Positions 9,115 to 17,508 of a DNA stretch of 64,000 bases are shown one piece after another. The stretch is taken from assembly GCA_946411505.1 (NCBI GenBank), contig CAMKEG010000009.1, positions 18,016 through 82,015 of the forward strand. Reading direction: 5' to 3'. The position numbers and the translations under genes were made by a program. Numbering within the stretch: the stretch's first letter is position 1; every line of letters begins with the position of its first letter. The notes beneath the pieces are model-generated. The model did no database searches. It was not told where the DNA came from and saw nothing but the letters and a program-made list of their open reading frames with translations. Origin of the DNA: an uncultured Treponema sp. Lineage in GTDB: Bacteria > Spirochaetota > Spirochaetia > Treponematales > Treponemataceae.

Positions 9115-9299
9115 ATGTGATTTACCTTGACTTGCGTGCCAACGCCGCGGTTCACAAGGCCTTTGAGGGCGACTTTGACGTGGACCAAATGATCCTTGCA
9201 ATCACATCTCTTGTTCCGGGCGCGCGTTTTGTTCCCAAAAAAACGCTTTTGATTTTGGACGAAATCCAAGATTGCGCCAAGCGGCTCGCCCGAGCTTGA
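9096..9299 (+). pseudogene. Truncated fragment of a third COG1373-type AAA+ ATPase
   Basis: VIYLDLR..AFEGDFD..LLILDEIQDC aligns by eye with paralog 2 (FIEINF..IFEGELS..LIFLDEIQKC). Walker A and the C-terminal three quarters are missing. Confidence 0.8.
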
Positions 9300-9402
9300 C
9301 TTTCTTTTTGAAAAGAATGTAGTGAAAATGATTGACGCGACAAAAATAAAAGCGCCAAAGTGACCCTTTGCAAAAACGCCCAAAACGCGCTAGTATTCCA
9401 TC

Positions 9403-11622
9403 ATGCCCAAAAGCAAAACTGACCACGACATTTTCGCCCGCCTCAACTCGGAACAGTTGGACGCGGTCCAAAGCACGGAAGGCCACATTCGCGTTTTGGC
9501 CGGAGCGGGGAGCGGAAAGACGCGCGCTTTGGTAAGCCGTTACGTTTACCTTGTCCGCGACTTGGGAATATCGCCCAAAAACATTTTGTGCGTAACGTTC
9601 ACCAACCGCGCGGCAGAAGAAATGAAGGCCCGCGTCCGTTCAGAATTGGGCGACATGGACTTGGGCTACATTTGCACTTTCCACGCATTCTGCACTCTGC
9701 TTCTTCACGAAGACATAAACAAAATTAATTTTCCCAAAGACTTTGTGATTTTGGACAAGGAAGACTGGCGCTCGATTCTGCTGCGCGTTTTTGCCGACAT
9801 GGGCTTGACCTTAAAGGAAGCGACAATCCAGCAGAAAATCGACGAGGTGTTGGAAGCAAAGAAAACGCAGGCCGACAGTTACATCGACTATTTTTACAAG
9901 CTGAACAACGAGGAGCTTAAAGAAAAATTTTTGGCCAAGGGAATCGAGCGAAACCAAGAAATCTTTTTGCGTTTTTTGTATGAGCAAAAAAAATGCTTTG
10001 GCGTTGACTTTAACGACTTGATAAATTTCGCCGTTTACATTTTGGAAAAATTCCCGGACGTCGCGCAAAAATGGCAGGACAGAATTCAATACATAATGGT
10101 TGACGAGTTCCAGGACGTGAGCGCAAAGCAATATTCCATAGCGCAAATCTTAAGCCGAAAGCACAAGAATCTTTTTATCGTCGGAGACTCAGACCAAACG
10201 ATTTACTCTTGGCGGGGAAGCCACGTCAAGTTGATTTTGGACTTTGAAAAAGTTTACAAGGACGCGCGGACGATTTTGCTTTTAAAGAACTACCGTTCAA
10301 CTCCGCAAATACTCGCGGCGGCCAATTCGTTGATTGCCCATAACACTGTCCGCTATCCCAAGGAGCTTTCGCCCACAAAAAAGGCTGGCCCCAAGCCCCT
10401 CTACTATCACGCTCCCAGCGAGGAGGACGAGGCCAAGTGGATTTGCAAAAAGGTTAAGGAATTATGCAAGTCTGGAAATCTGCGCGACATCGCGATCCTT
10501 TACCGCGCCCACTACCTTTCGCGCTCGCTTGAAGAAGCCTTCATCAAAAACGACATTCCTTACCGCATCCTTGCCGGAACGGAATTTTACGGCCGGCGCG
10601 AAATCAAGGACATGATAAGCTACCTGCGAATGTTGACCGTCGCCGACGACGTTTCATTTTACCGCACGGTAAACCTTCCCAGCCGCAAAATCGGAAAGAA
10701 CAAAATCGCCGCCATAAAAGAGCGCGCCGACAAATTCGACTGTTCCGCCTACACCGCGCTAAAGGGCCTCTTGGCGCAAGACGACCCAATCTTAAAAGGA
10801 ACAAAGGCGCAGGCCTACGTTGACGCGATAGAAGAAAGCCGCGCGCTTTTAAACGACAAAAACTCTTTTGTCTACACGGTCGGATCGGGCACAAGCAAGC
10901 TGGGGAGCGTCTTGCAGTCGATTTTGGACAAGAGCGGCTATGAAGCCTTTTTGCGCCTGGAGGCCGACCAAGACCGCTTGGACAACGCCGCCGAATTCAA
11001 GCGCGCGGTGAACCAGGCCGGCTTTGACGACGACGCGACCTTGGAAGACTTTTTGCAGCGCGCGGCGCTATTCACCGACCTTGACCGCGAGGACAAGCGC
11101 GACGCCGTCAAAATGCTCACGATTCACGCGGCAAAGGGAATGGAGTTTAAAAACGTTTTCCTGTGCGGCATGAACGAGGGAATCTTCCCCAGCCGCAAGG
11201 TTCAAACGCCCGAGGACATGGAGGAGGAGCGACGGATTGCCTACGTCGCCATGACGCGCGCCAAGGACAGGCTCTTTATTACGGACGCGGGAGGAAAAGC
11301 CAACGACGGAATCTTTAAATACCCCAGCCGCTTTGTCTTTGAGGCCGCGGGCGAGGGCATGAAAAATTTTGACATTGAAAAGCCGCTTGACAAGGGCCTT
11401 GTGGAACAGTCGCAAAAAATAATCAAGTATGACGAAAGCCGCCTAAAGGCCGCGGCCACGCAATTAAAAAAAGGAGACCGAGTCCGCCACAAAGTTTTTG
11501 GCGCGGGAACAATCGTTCTTGTAAACGACAAGGCTTTTTGCTACACGATAAAGTTTGACGATTTGGCCACCGAGCGAAGCGTTCAGTTTTCGGCGCCGCT
11601 GGAATTGATTGCAGCCCAGTAG
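9403..11622 (+). CDS. uvrD: ATP-dependent DNA helicase UvrD/PcrA
   Basis: LAGAGSGKT, VDEFQD, VGDSDQTIYSWRG, NYRST, TIHAAKGMEF and EEERRIAYVAMTRA motifs, plus a C-terminal Tudor-like RVRHKVFGAG. Confidence 0.93.
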   Translation: MPKSKTDHDIFARLNSEQLDAVQSTEGHIRVLAGAGSGKTRALVSRYVYLVRDLGISPKNILCVTFTNRAAEEMKARVRSELGDMDLGYICTFHAFCTLLLHEDINKINFPKDFVILDKEDWRSILLRVFADMGLTLKEATIQQKIDEVLEAKKTQADSYIDYFYKLNNEELKEKFLAKGIERNQEIFLRFLYEQKKCFGVDFNDLINFAVYILEKFPDVAQKWQDRIQYIMVDEFQDVSAKQYSIAQILSRKHKNLFIVGDSDQTIYSWRGSHVKLILDFEKVYKDARTILLLKNYRSTPQILAAANSLIAHNTVRYPKELSPTKKAGPKPLYYHAPSEEDEAKWICKKVKELCKSGNLRDIAILYRAHYLSRSLEEAFIKNDIPYRILAGTEFYGRREIKDMISYLRMLTVADDVSFYRTVNLPSRKIGKNKIAAIKERADKFDCSAYTALKGLLAQDDPILKGTKAQAYVDAIEESRALLNDKNSFVYTVGSGTSKLGSVLQSILDKSGYEAFLRLEADQDRLDNAAEFKRAVNQAGFDDDATLEDFLQRAALFTDLDREDKRDAVKMLTIHAAKGMEFKNVFLCGMNEGIFPSRKVQTPEDMEEERRIAYVAMTRAKDRLFITDAGGKANDGIFKYPSRFVFEAAGEGMKNFDIEKPLDKGLVEQSQKIIKYDESRLKAAATQLKKGDRVRHKVFGAGTIVLVNDKAFCYTIKFDDLATERSVQFSAPLELIAAQ

Positions 11623-11689
11623 CGTCCAAAGGACGCGGCGGAACCGCTCGAAACAGCCTTTAAGGTCTTTCAAACAAAAACACGAGCGG

Positions 11690-12424
11690 CTACCACACTT
11701 CCACCGCGCAAGCCAGCGCGCCGGCCTCTCCGTCCGTTCCCGCCGCGTAAATGGCAACGACGCTTTTTCCGTCAACGGCGGCGTATTTTGCAACCGCATT
11801 GTCGCCTTCCTTTAGCGCGGTCTTGTAGCTTATGCGCGCGTTCTTAAAGGCGGCCGCCGCTTTTGCAGGAAGCGCCTCAAGCGCGAAGTCGTAGTAGTTA
11901 AGGTTATGGACGTGGTTGTTAAAGTCAAAGTCGGAGCGGCGGAGCTGGATTTTTGTTTCGGCCTCAAAGGCTTCCGGCAATGAAATCTTGGCAAGTTTTT
12001 CTCCGCCAAAAACTTTTTTTCCTGGCTCCGGGCCGTAGCGGTCAAGCAAGTCCGCCTCCACCTTTATCGGCCGGCCAGCCCTTATGTCAAAGCGAACCCA
12101 CTTGCTTGTTCCCTCCACGGCGGGGTTTCCGTCGGCGTACAAGTAGTAGTTGCGCGAGGTTCCAAACGGCGAGACCAAGCCTTCGCTCCAAGTCTCAACC
12201 TTGATTTTTTGTCCGTAGCGGGGGAATTCTTTTACGCAAACTTTCCAATCGGTCAAAACCCAGGCCACGCCAAGGGTCTCGCTCACCTTTATGGCCGAGT
12301 CTCCGGCCGCGTCCGAGTGGCGGCTTCCGGCGTTTTCAAAATACTTTAAAATCGCGGCCATCGTAAGGCGCTCGCTTTTGTCAAAGTCTTCAAGCAGGGG
12401 AGAGAAGTTCGTTGAAAAAATCAT
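11690..12424 (-). CDS. Acyl-ACP thioesterase (FatA/B-like)
   Basis: Double hotdog pattern with DFDFNNHVHNLNY catalytic motif. Confidence 0.88.
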   Translation of the reverse strand: MIFSTNFSPLLEDFDKSERLTMAAILKYFENAGSRHSDAAGDSAIKVSETLGVAWVLTDWKVCVKEFPRYGQKIKVETWSEGLVSPFGTSRNYYLYADGNPAVEGTSKWVRFDIRAGRPIKVEADLLDRYGPEPGKKVFGGEKLAKISLPEAFEAETKIQLRRSDFDFNNHVHNLNYYDFALEALPAKAAAAFKNARISYKTALKEGDNAVAKYAAVDGKSVVAIYAAGTDGEAGALACAVEVW

Positions 12425-12445
12425 GGGGCAGTTCCTTTGTAAAAA

Positions 12446-13420
12446 TTATTCTTTTATGATCGTTTGGTAAAGCCTGTCCAAGTCGGCGCGGCTAAAGTAG
12501 TCGATTACAAGCTGGCCCTTTTCCAAGCCGCCGTTAAGCGAAACTTTTGTTCCAAGCGTTTCCATAAATTTTTGCTCGATGCTGATTATGTCTGGGTCTC
12601 GGACGCGCGCTCCGTCTTTTTTGGCGGAACTTTTTGACGCGCGGCCTCCGTCGTTAAGGGTTGCGGCTTGGGCTTCCGCCTGGCGGACCGACAAGTTGCT
12701 TGCGATTATCTTTCCGAACAATACGCGCTGGTCGGCGGGGTTTTCCACGCTAAGAAGCGCTCGCGCGTGGCCGCTTGTGATTTGTCCGACAATCAAGGAG
12801 TTTTGCATGTCTTCGGGCAACTTTAAAAGGCGCAGGGCGTTGGCCACGGTCGGGCGGCCTTTTCCTACTTTTTGGGCAACCTCGTCTTGGTTAAGTCCGC
12901 CCACTTTCATAAGCTCGTAGTAGGCCTGCGCCTCTTCTATCGGGTTTAGGTTTGAGCGCTGAACGTTTTCAATCAGCGCCACTTCCAGTTTTTTTTCGTC
13001 GCTGAATTTTCGCAGCTGCACCGGAACTTTTTTTAAGCCTACGATTTTTGCGGCGCGCGTTCTTCGTTCGCCCGCGATGATGTAAAAAGTTCCGTCGCCC
13101 GCGTCTTCGATTATGATGGGCTGAACGATTCCGTGCTCAACAATGGAGTCCGAAAGCTCCTTAAGTTCCGCCTCGTCAAAAACCTGTCGGGGCTGGTGGG
13201 GGTTGGGCTTTAGCAAGTTGGGGTCAACCCACAAGGTTCCGTTTTCGTCGGTTTCTATCGCGTCTGGAATGTTGGCGCTCTTCGCGCTTTTTTTGAAGGA
13301 GGCTTTTGGCGCGCTTTGGATTTTGTCAACTGAAGGCTCGCTGTCGTTTTGCGCTTGGTGTTCGGCCTCGCCCAGAAGGACGTCCAATCCGTGTCCAAGG
13401 CCTGGTTTTCTTTTAGCCAC
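12446..13420 (-). CDS. parB: Chromosome partitioning protein ParB/Spo0J
   Basis: GLGHGLDVLL N-terminus, NPHQPR, IIAGERR and ALIENVQRSNLNPIEEA. GTG start. Confidence 0.95.
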   Translation of the reverse strand: MAKRKPGLGHGLDVLLGEAEHQAQNDSEPSVDKIQSAPKASFKKSAKSANIPDAIETDENGTLWVDPNLLKPNPHQPRQVFDEAELKELSDSIVEHGIVQPIIIEDAGDGTFYIIAGERRTRAAKIVGLKKVPVQLRKFSDEKKLEVALIENVQRSNLNPIEEAQAYYELMKVGGLNQDEVAQKVGKGRPTVANALRLLKLPEDMQNSLIVGQITSGHARALLSVENPADQRVLFGKIIASNLSVRQAEAQAATLNDGGRASKSSAKKDGARVRDPDIISIEQKFMETLGTKVSLNGGLEKGQLVIDYFSRADLDRLYQTIIKE

Positions 13421-14168
13421 GGTGAATCACCTCCTCCGCCAACTTCTGGTAGCTTTTGGCTCCAACGCAGTCGGGGTCGTACTTGCAAATCGGAAGTCCG
13501 TGCGAAGGCGCTTCGCTAAGGCGCACGTTGCGGGGGATGATTGTGTTGAAGACCACGTCCTTAAAGTATGACTTCACTTGAACGACAACGTCCTGCGCCA
13601 ATCTTGTGCGCGAGTCGTACATCGTGAAAAATATTCCGCCGATTGTCAAATTGGGATTGATAGACTTTTGGACTTTTTTTACGGTTTGAAGCAAAAGCGT
13701 GATTCCTTCCAAGGCAAAGTATTCGCATTGCATCGGAACAAGCACGGCGTCCGCCGCCGCAAGGCCGTTAAGCGTAAGGATGCCGAGCGAGGGCGGGCAG
13801 TCGATAAGAATGTAGTCGTATTTTTCCTGCAGCGGCTCAAGCGCGTCCTTTAAAAAGTATTCGCGGCGCTCTTGGTCAACCAATTCGATGGCCGCTCCCG
13901 AAAGGTCAAGGCTGGCGCTGATAGCGTCCAATGTGGGTATGGAAGTTTTTTTAACCGCTTCGGCGGCCTCGCATTCGCCGCTCAAAAGTTCGTAAATTGT
14001 AGGCTTGTCTTTTGAAACGCCCACGCCGCTGGACATGTTTCCCTGCGAGTCAAAGTCAACAAGAAGGACGCGCTTTTTTGCCAACGCGATGTAGGCGCCG
14101 ATATTGATTGCGGAAGTCGTCTTTCCGACTCCGCCTTTTTGATTTACAAAAACAAAAGTTTTAGCCAT
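13413..14168 (-). CDS. parA: Chromosome partitioning ATPase ParA/Soj
   Basis: NQKGGVGKTT, DFDSQGN, IDCPPSLG and PRNVRLSEAPSHG. Start set at MAKTF (ATG 14168). Confidence 0.95.
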   Translation of the reverse strand: MAKTFVFVNQKGGVGKTTSAINIGAYIALAKKRVLLVDFDSQGNMSSGVGVSKDKPTIYELLSGECEAAEAVKKTSIPTLDAISASLDLSGAAIELVDQERREYFLKDALEPLQEKYDYILIDCPPSLGILTLNGLAAADAVLVPMQCEYFALEGITLLLQTVKKVQKSINPNLTIGGIFFTMYDSRTRLAQDVVVQVKSYFKDVVFNTIIPRNVRLSEAPSHGLPICKYDPDCVGAKSYQKLAEEVIHRG

Positions 14169-14277
14169 AAGGTTTATTATAGCATTTTTGGCCTTTGTTG
14201 ACAATATGTTTGTTCTGGGCCGAGACACTAGCAAAAGCGGGCGAAGCGTGGTATAATGGAACTATGGAGGAATACAG

Positions 14278-14532
14278 ATGCCGGAAGTCTCGCGCTTTTA
14301 CGGAATTGTCATAAAAATGTTTTTCAAGCCAAAGGAGCATGAGCCGTCGCATATTCACGCTCTTTATGGCGAATATGTGGGCATGTTTGATATAAAGACC
14401 CATGAAATGACTGACGGTGATTTGCCGCAAAAAGCGCAGAATTTAGTAAAAGAATGGCTCGCGTTGAATGACAAAAAATTGCAGGAAATGTGGGACACGC
14501 AAACAATAACAAAGCTTCCTCCGCTGGAGTGA
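14278..14532 (+). CDS. DUF4160 domain protein (putative toxin-antitoxin component)
   Basis: MPEVSRFYGIVIKMFF..EHEPSHIHALYG signature, with SD GGAGG. Confidence 0.85.
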   Translation: MPEVSRFYGIVIKMFFKPKEHEPSHIHALYGEYVGMFDIKTHEMTDGDLPQKAQNLVKEWLALNDKKLQEMWDTQTITKLPPLE

Positions 14533-14534
14533 TT

Positions 14535-14786
14535 ATGATTCCAAAGATAAAAGACTTGCAGGCTTTGAATGATTATAAATTAAAGATTCTCTTTGATGAC
14601 GGAAGACGAGTTGTGTACGATGTCAACGACGACATCGAAAAAATCGAAGACTTTAAGCAGCTAAAAAATCAACTAGGACTTTGGAACTGCGTTCAACTTG
14701 ACCAAAGCAAGACTTGCGTTTTTTGGAACGACAGAATAGATTTGCCGAGCGATACTTTGTATGAGTTCGGCATTCCAATTGATTAA
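14535..14786 (+). CDS. DUF2442 domain protein (putative partner of DUF4160)
   Basis: PKIKDLQAL.DYKL.ILFDDG..W.DRIDL.SDTLY. It follows DUF4160 directly, which is the usual pairing. Confidence 0.8.
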   Translation: MIPKIKDLQALNDYKLKILFDDGRRVVYDVNDDIEKIEDFKQLKNQLGLWNCVQLDQSKTCVFWNDRIDLPSDTLYEFGIPID

Positions 14787-14795
14787 AAACACTCC

Positions 14796-16217
14796 ATGAT
14801 TCTTTCGGCCACCCTTTCAAAGCCCACGTCTCAGGTGGAAGCCATTCTCGGAAAAAAATACGAGCGCGTCAAAATTCGCTTTAAGGGCGGGCCTGTTTCG
14901 CCGTATTTCGCCGAATTCTTCACCCAAACGCAAAGCTTCCATAAAAATTTTTCGCAGGCGGAATTGGAGGAATTTTTACAAAAGAACATCGGCCGCTCAT
15001 TTAAAAACTGCGTTGAACGGACAGAAGACAAGGAAATCACTTTTTTAGCCAACAAGCGCGGCGAAGTAAAACGGCTTGAAAAAGCGCTCGCAAAAACTGG
15101 CGGCAAGCCCAAAAACGCCGCCGCGCAAACTGATTTCAAGCCTAAAAACGGCGCCGCGCAAACAGGCGGAAAAACCAAAGCTGCCGCCGCCTTTGGCGAA
15201 AAAGCCGCGCTTTTCGGCGCCGCCGCAAGCGCCTTTAACGCCCACAAGGTCGCCTTAAACCGTTCCAAAAACTACATCATACAAGAAGGAACGCAAGTTC
15301 CATTTTTGCAGGCGCTGGGCGTTATGACCGACGCTGGAAAAGTCGTCGCCGCAAAGTACGACAAGTTCCGGCAAGTCAACCGCTTTTTGGAGCTTTTGGA
15401 CGACGTTTTGCCCGCCGTCCTCAATGCGCGCTCGCAAGTCCAAGACTGCGCCGCTTTTGGCGCTGACAACAACTTGTCGCAAGCCCAAGAAGGCGGGCGG
15501 CCAATAGAGCCGCTTCAAATCCTTGACTTTGGCTCCGGCAAGTCTTACTTGACCTTTGCCGTACAGTACTTTTTGGAAAGCGTAAAAAAGATTCCCTGCC
15601 AAATAACCGGCGTCGACTTGAAGGAAGACGTCATCAAATCCTGCTCCGACTTGGCCGCCCGCCTTGGCGTCAAAAACATGAATTTTGTTTGCGGCGACAT
15701 CGCCAAATACAGCGGAAAAAATCCCGACATAGTGATAACGCTTCACGCCTGCGACATTGCCACCGACTACGCGCTTGCCTTTGCGGTGGAACGCGGCGCC
15801 AAGGCTATTTTGTCGGTTCCCTGCTGCCAAAAGGAAGTCAACGCGCAGCTTGGTAAGTCGTCCAACGCGCTTTTCGCGCCGCTTTTAAAGCATGGAATTT
15901 TCCGCGAGCGATTTTCCGCGCTGATGACTGACGCGGTCCGCGCCCAGCTTTTGGAAGCGCGCGGCTACAAGGTTCAAGTTTTGGAATTCATCGACATGGA
16001 AGGGACGCCAAAGAATCTTATGATTAGGGCGCTGTTGAAGGGCGGCGCGCGTCTTGGTCAGGAAGCGATTTCTGGCGCCGCGCCTTCCGGTAAAGAATCC
16101 GCGCTGGGTGGCGGCGCCGCAGCACAGTCTAGGGCTTTTGAACAATCCGCGCGCGATTTGCTTACCGCATTTGGCGCAAGGCAAAAGCTCGCGGATTTGT
16201 TGGGCGGCGGCCTTTAA
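14796..16217 (+). CDS. Class I SAM-dependent methyltransferase with several low-complexity insertions
   Basis: ILDFGSGKSYLTF, LHACDIATD, VPCCQ and TPKNLMIRA. Confidence 0.85.
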   Translation: MILSATLSKPTSQVEAILGKKYERVKIRFKGGPVSPYFAEFFTQTQSFHKNFSQAELEEFLQKNIGRSFKNCVERTEDKEITFLANKRGEVKRLEKALAKTGGKPKNAAAQTDFKPKNGAAQTGGKTKAAAAFGEKAALFGAAASAFNAHKVALNRSKNYIIQEGTQVPFLQALGVMTDAGKVVAAKYDKFRQVNRFLELLDDVLPAVLNARSQVQDCAAFGADNNLSQAQEGGRPIEPLQILDFGSGKSYLTFAVQYFLESVKKIPCQITGVDLKEDVIKSCSDLAARLGVKNMNFVCGDIAKYSGKNPDIVITLHACDIATDYALAFAVERGAKAILSVPCCQKEVNAQLGKSSNALFAPLLKHGIFRERFSALMTDAVRAQLLEARGYKVQVLEFIDMEGTPKNLMIRALLKGGARLGQEAISGAAPSGKESALGGGAAAQSRAFEQSARDLLTAFGARQKLADLLGGGL

Positions 16218-16309
16218 AGTTTTTATGCCGCGCGCCTTGGTTGCCCGCGCTCGTAAGAGCGCAGTTGAATCGCTTCCTAATGCAAAATTAGCGAAGCGAC
16301 ATACCGTTC

Positions 16310-17374
16310 CTAGTGCTCGTCGTCGGGGTTGTATTCCTTGGCGCTTTCGGACTCAATCGCCTCGCGGGTTGTCCTTGACTTTGCGCGGCCTTTTGCGGCG
16401 GACTTTTTTGAACTAGACGCGGACGCGGCTTTTGATTTTCGCTCGGCGGCGCTTTTTGTCTTTGCCAAAGTTCCCGCGATAAACTGCGACTCGCTGTCGT
16501 AAACCTTTACGTCCAGCTTGTTGTAAGGAATGTCGATTCCGGCCTCGTCAAAGACGCGCTTTATGGCGACAAAGGTTTGGTTTTTGGCGTTTAAGAAATC
16601 GTCTTTTTTAAACCAAACGGCAAGCGTCATGTTTATTCCGCTGTCGCCAAAGCCGTCAAACCAAACAAGCGGCGCGGGGTCCTGCAAGTCGCATTTGCAA
16701 TAGTTGGGGGCCTTTGCCAAAGTGTCCAAGGCTGTCTGCATGTCCGTTTCGTAAGAGACAGAAACTTTTACGTCCAAGCGCCGCTTGTCAAAGTAGCTTG
16801 TGTTCCGCAAAGTTGAGTTGATGATAGTTGAGTTTGGAATGCGAATCATTTGGTTGTCCAGCGTGTGGACTTTTACGCTTAGCAAGCCTATTGTGTCGAC
16901 GATTCCAGTCTCGCCCGCGACGTTTATCAAGTCTCCGATTTTGAGCGTCTTTTCCACGATTAGAAAAACGCCGGAGATGATGTTGCTGACGGAAGTTTGA
17001 GCGGCAAAGGCGATCGCGATACCGGCAACTCCAGCCGCTCCCCATATCGCGCTAAGCTTTATTCCGAACAAACTTAGAATGAACATTATCAAAATTGCGT
17101 AGTATATGTACTTGATGAATTTTAGAAGAATGACCGAGCGGTGCGCCGGAAGCTTTTTTTCGGGGATTTTCTTGACCGAGCGGATGACCAATTTGTAGAC
17201 GGCCATGAGCGCGAAAAAGATTAAGAGAACTCCCACGAGCCTAAAAAAGTTGTCCCAAGTGGCAAAGCCCTTTACCCATTTGACAAAGGAAATGTAGGCC
17301 CAGTTGAGGTCCTCTGTGATTGTGTTGTCTGAATGGAGAAGCGTGTTGCCCTCTTCGATAATTGTTTCTTCCAT
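16310..17374 (-). CDS. mscS: Small-conductance mechanosensitive channel (MscS family)
   Basis: GIAIAFAAQTSVSNIISG, IGDLI, RIPNS and GIDIPY, followed by a basic low-complexity C-terminal tail. Confidence 0.9.
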   Translation of the reverse strand: MEETIIEEGNTLLHSDNTITEDLNWAYISFVKWVKGFATWDNFFRLVGVLLIFFALMAVYKLVIRSVKKIPEKKLPAHRSVILLKFIKYIYYAILIMFILSLFGIKLSAIWGAAGVAGIAIAFAAQTSVSNIISGVFLIVEKTLKIGDLINVAGETGIVDTIGLLSVKVHTLDNQMIRIPNSTIINSTLRNTSYFDKRRLDVKVSVSYETDMQTALDTLAKAPNYCKCDLQDPAPLVWFDGFGDSGINMTLAVWFKKDDFLNAKNQTFVAIKRVFDEAGIDIPYNKLDVKVYDSESQFIAGTLAKTKSAAERKSKAASASSSKKSAAKGRAKSRTTREAIESESAKEYNPDDEH

Positions 17375-17405
17375 CGTCTACTCCTGAATAATTATTGTCT
17401 AATAA

Positions 17406-17500
17406 TACGGCTGTTTGCGCGAGTTTTGTTGCGAGCGCAAATGTTGCCGCTTATGCGGCGTCAAGCATTTGTGGGCTTGCAATCAATCTTCTCGCCGCTG
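17406..17500. repeat. REP-like palindromic intergenic repeat, copy A (nth-mscS)
   Basis: The 54-nt core 17406-17459 matches 37950-38003 at 49/54 nt. It contains two hairpins. Confidence 0.85.
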
Positions 17501-17508
17501 CTATTATA

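Noticed and set aside
4090-9299. Tn7-like or composite transposon (AAA as TnsC, repeats as transposase sites)
   Set aside because: There is no transposase or integrase, no terminal inverted repeat pair or target duplication is visible, and the ATPases are COG1373-type rather than TniB/TnsC-like.
11622-11639. GCGTCC-AAA-GGACGC-GGC hairpin resembling 37615-37632
   Set aside because: It is too short and the second copy is imperfect. It may belong to the REP family but cannot be supported from two sites.
12446-14277. parS site near parAB
   Set aside because: I found no TGTTTCACGTGAAACA-like palindrome by eye in or around the operon.
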